A stretch of 61,437 bases of DNA, filler included, from Sphacelaria rigidula (Eukaryota), in assembly GCA_964200075.2 (NCBI GenBank). It is 10 parts of 10 records of this genome, joined end to end, with 100 filler letters (N's around TTAATTAATTAA, not from the genome) between each part and the next. Parts side by side here need not be neighbours in the genome. Positions count along the whole stretch, not along the records: positions 55,385 to 61,437 come from CAXNAA020022547.1; 9 more parts are not named here. The stretch is one strand, 5' to 3'. Positions 61,254 through 61,437 of this stretch are shown piece by piece. The position numbers and the translations under genes were made by a program. The notes beneath the pieces were generated by a model that was given only the letters and a program-made list of their open reading frames with translations, ran no database searches and was not told where the DNA came from. Each line of letters starts with the position of its first letter. Position 1 is the first letter of the stretch.

Positions 61254-61437
61254 AAATTACTAAAACAAAGAAAAGAAACGAGAAAAAAGAATCCTGTAAT
61301 GGGTTTCCTTCTTCTGTTGTAACAGTTATTTCGTGAGATTGAGAGTAGATGATACGATTGAGAGTGGAAAGCGGTCAATCAGTGAATGAATCGTTTCAGT
61401 CCCGAAATGCATTTCCACGAGGCCCAACATGCTTTCT

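Overview
This is eukaryotic, repeat-rich, intron-rich DNA, most likely from a brown alga (Phaeophyceae). That assignment is inferred from short exons in multi-kb introns, a bipartite plastid presequence, 72-nt LRR exons and the retroelement types. The window is NOT one locus. It is ten contigs of 6054 or 6053 bp in decreasing size order, joined by an artificial 100-bp spacer (44 N + TTAATTAATTAA + 44 N), so nothing can be inferred across spacers. Host gene fragments: three 5' exons of a plastid-targeted NDC1-type NAD(P)H dehydrogenase, two exons of an AGC-type Ser/Thr kinase, two LRR exons (144 and 72 nt, phase 1-1), three exons of a membrane-anchored beta-propeller-repeat protein with one repeat per 168-nt phase 0-0 exon, and a decayed CPW-type ankyrin segment. 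The rest is dominated by decayed Ty3/gypsy elements on four contigs, two tRNA-derived SINE families, LINE fragments and many MITE/foldback elements. The best leads are: the exon-per-blade beta-propeller surface protein; a gypsy element whose primer site looks self-priming (Tf1-like) rather than tRNA-primed; and a chromodomain integrase followed by an extra C-terminal domain and a hairpin-rich 3' non-coding region.
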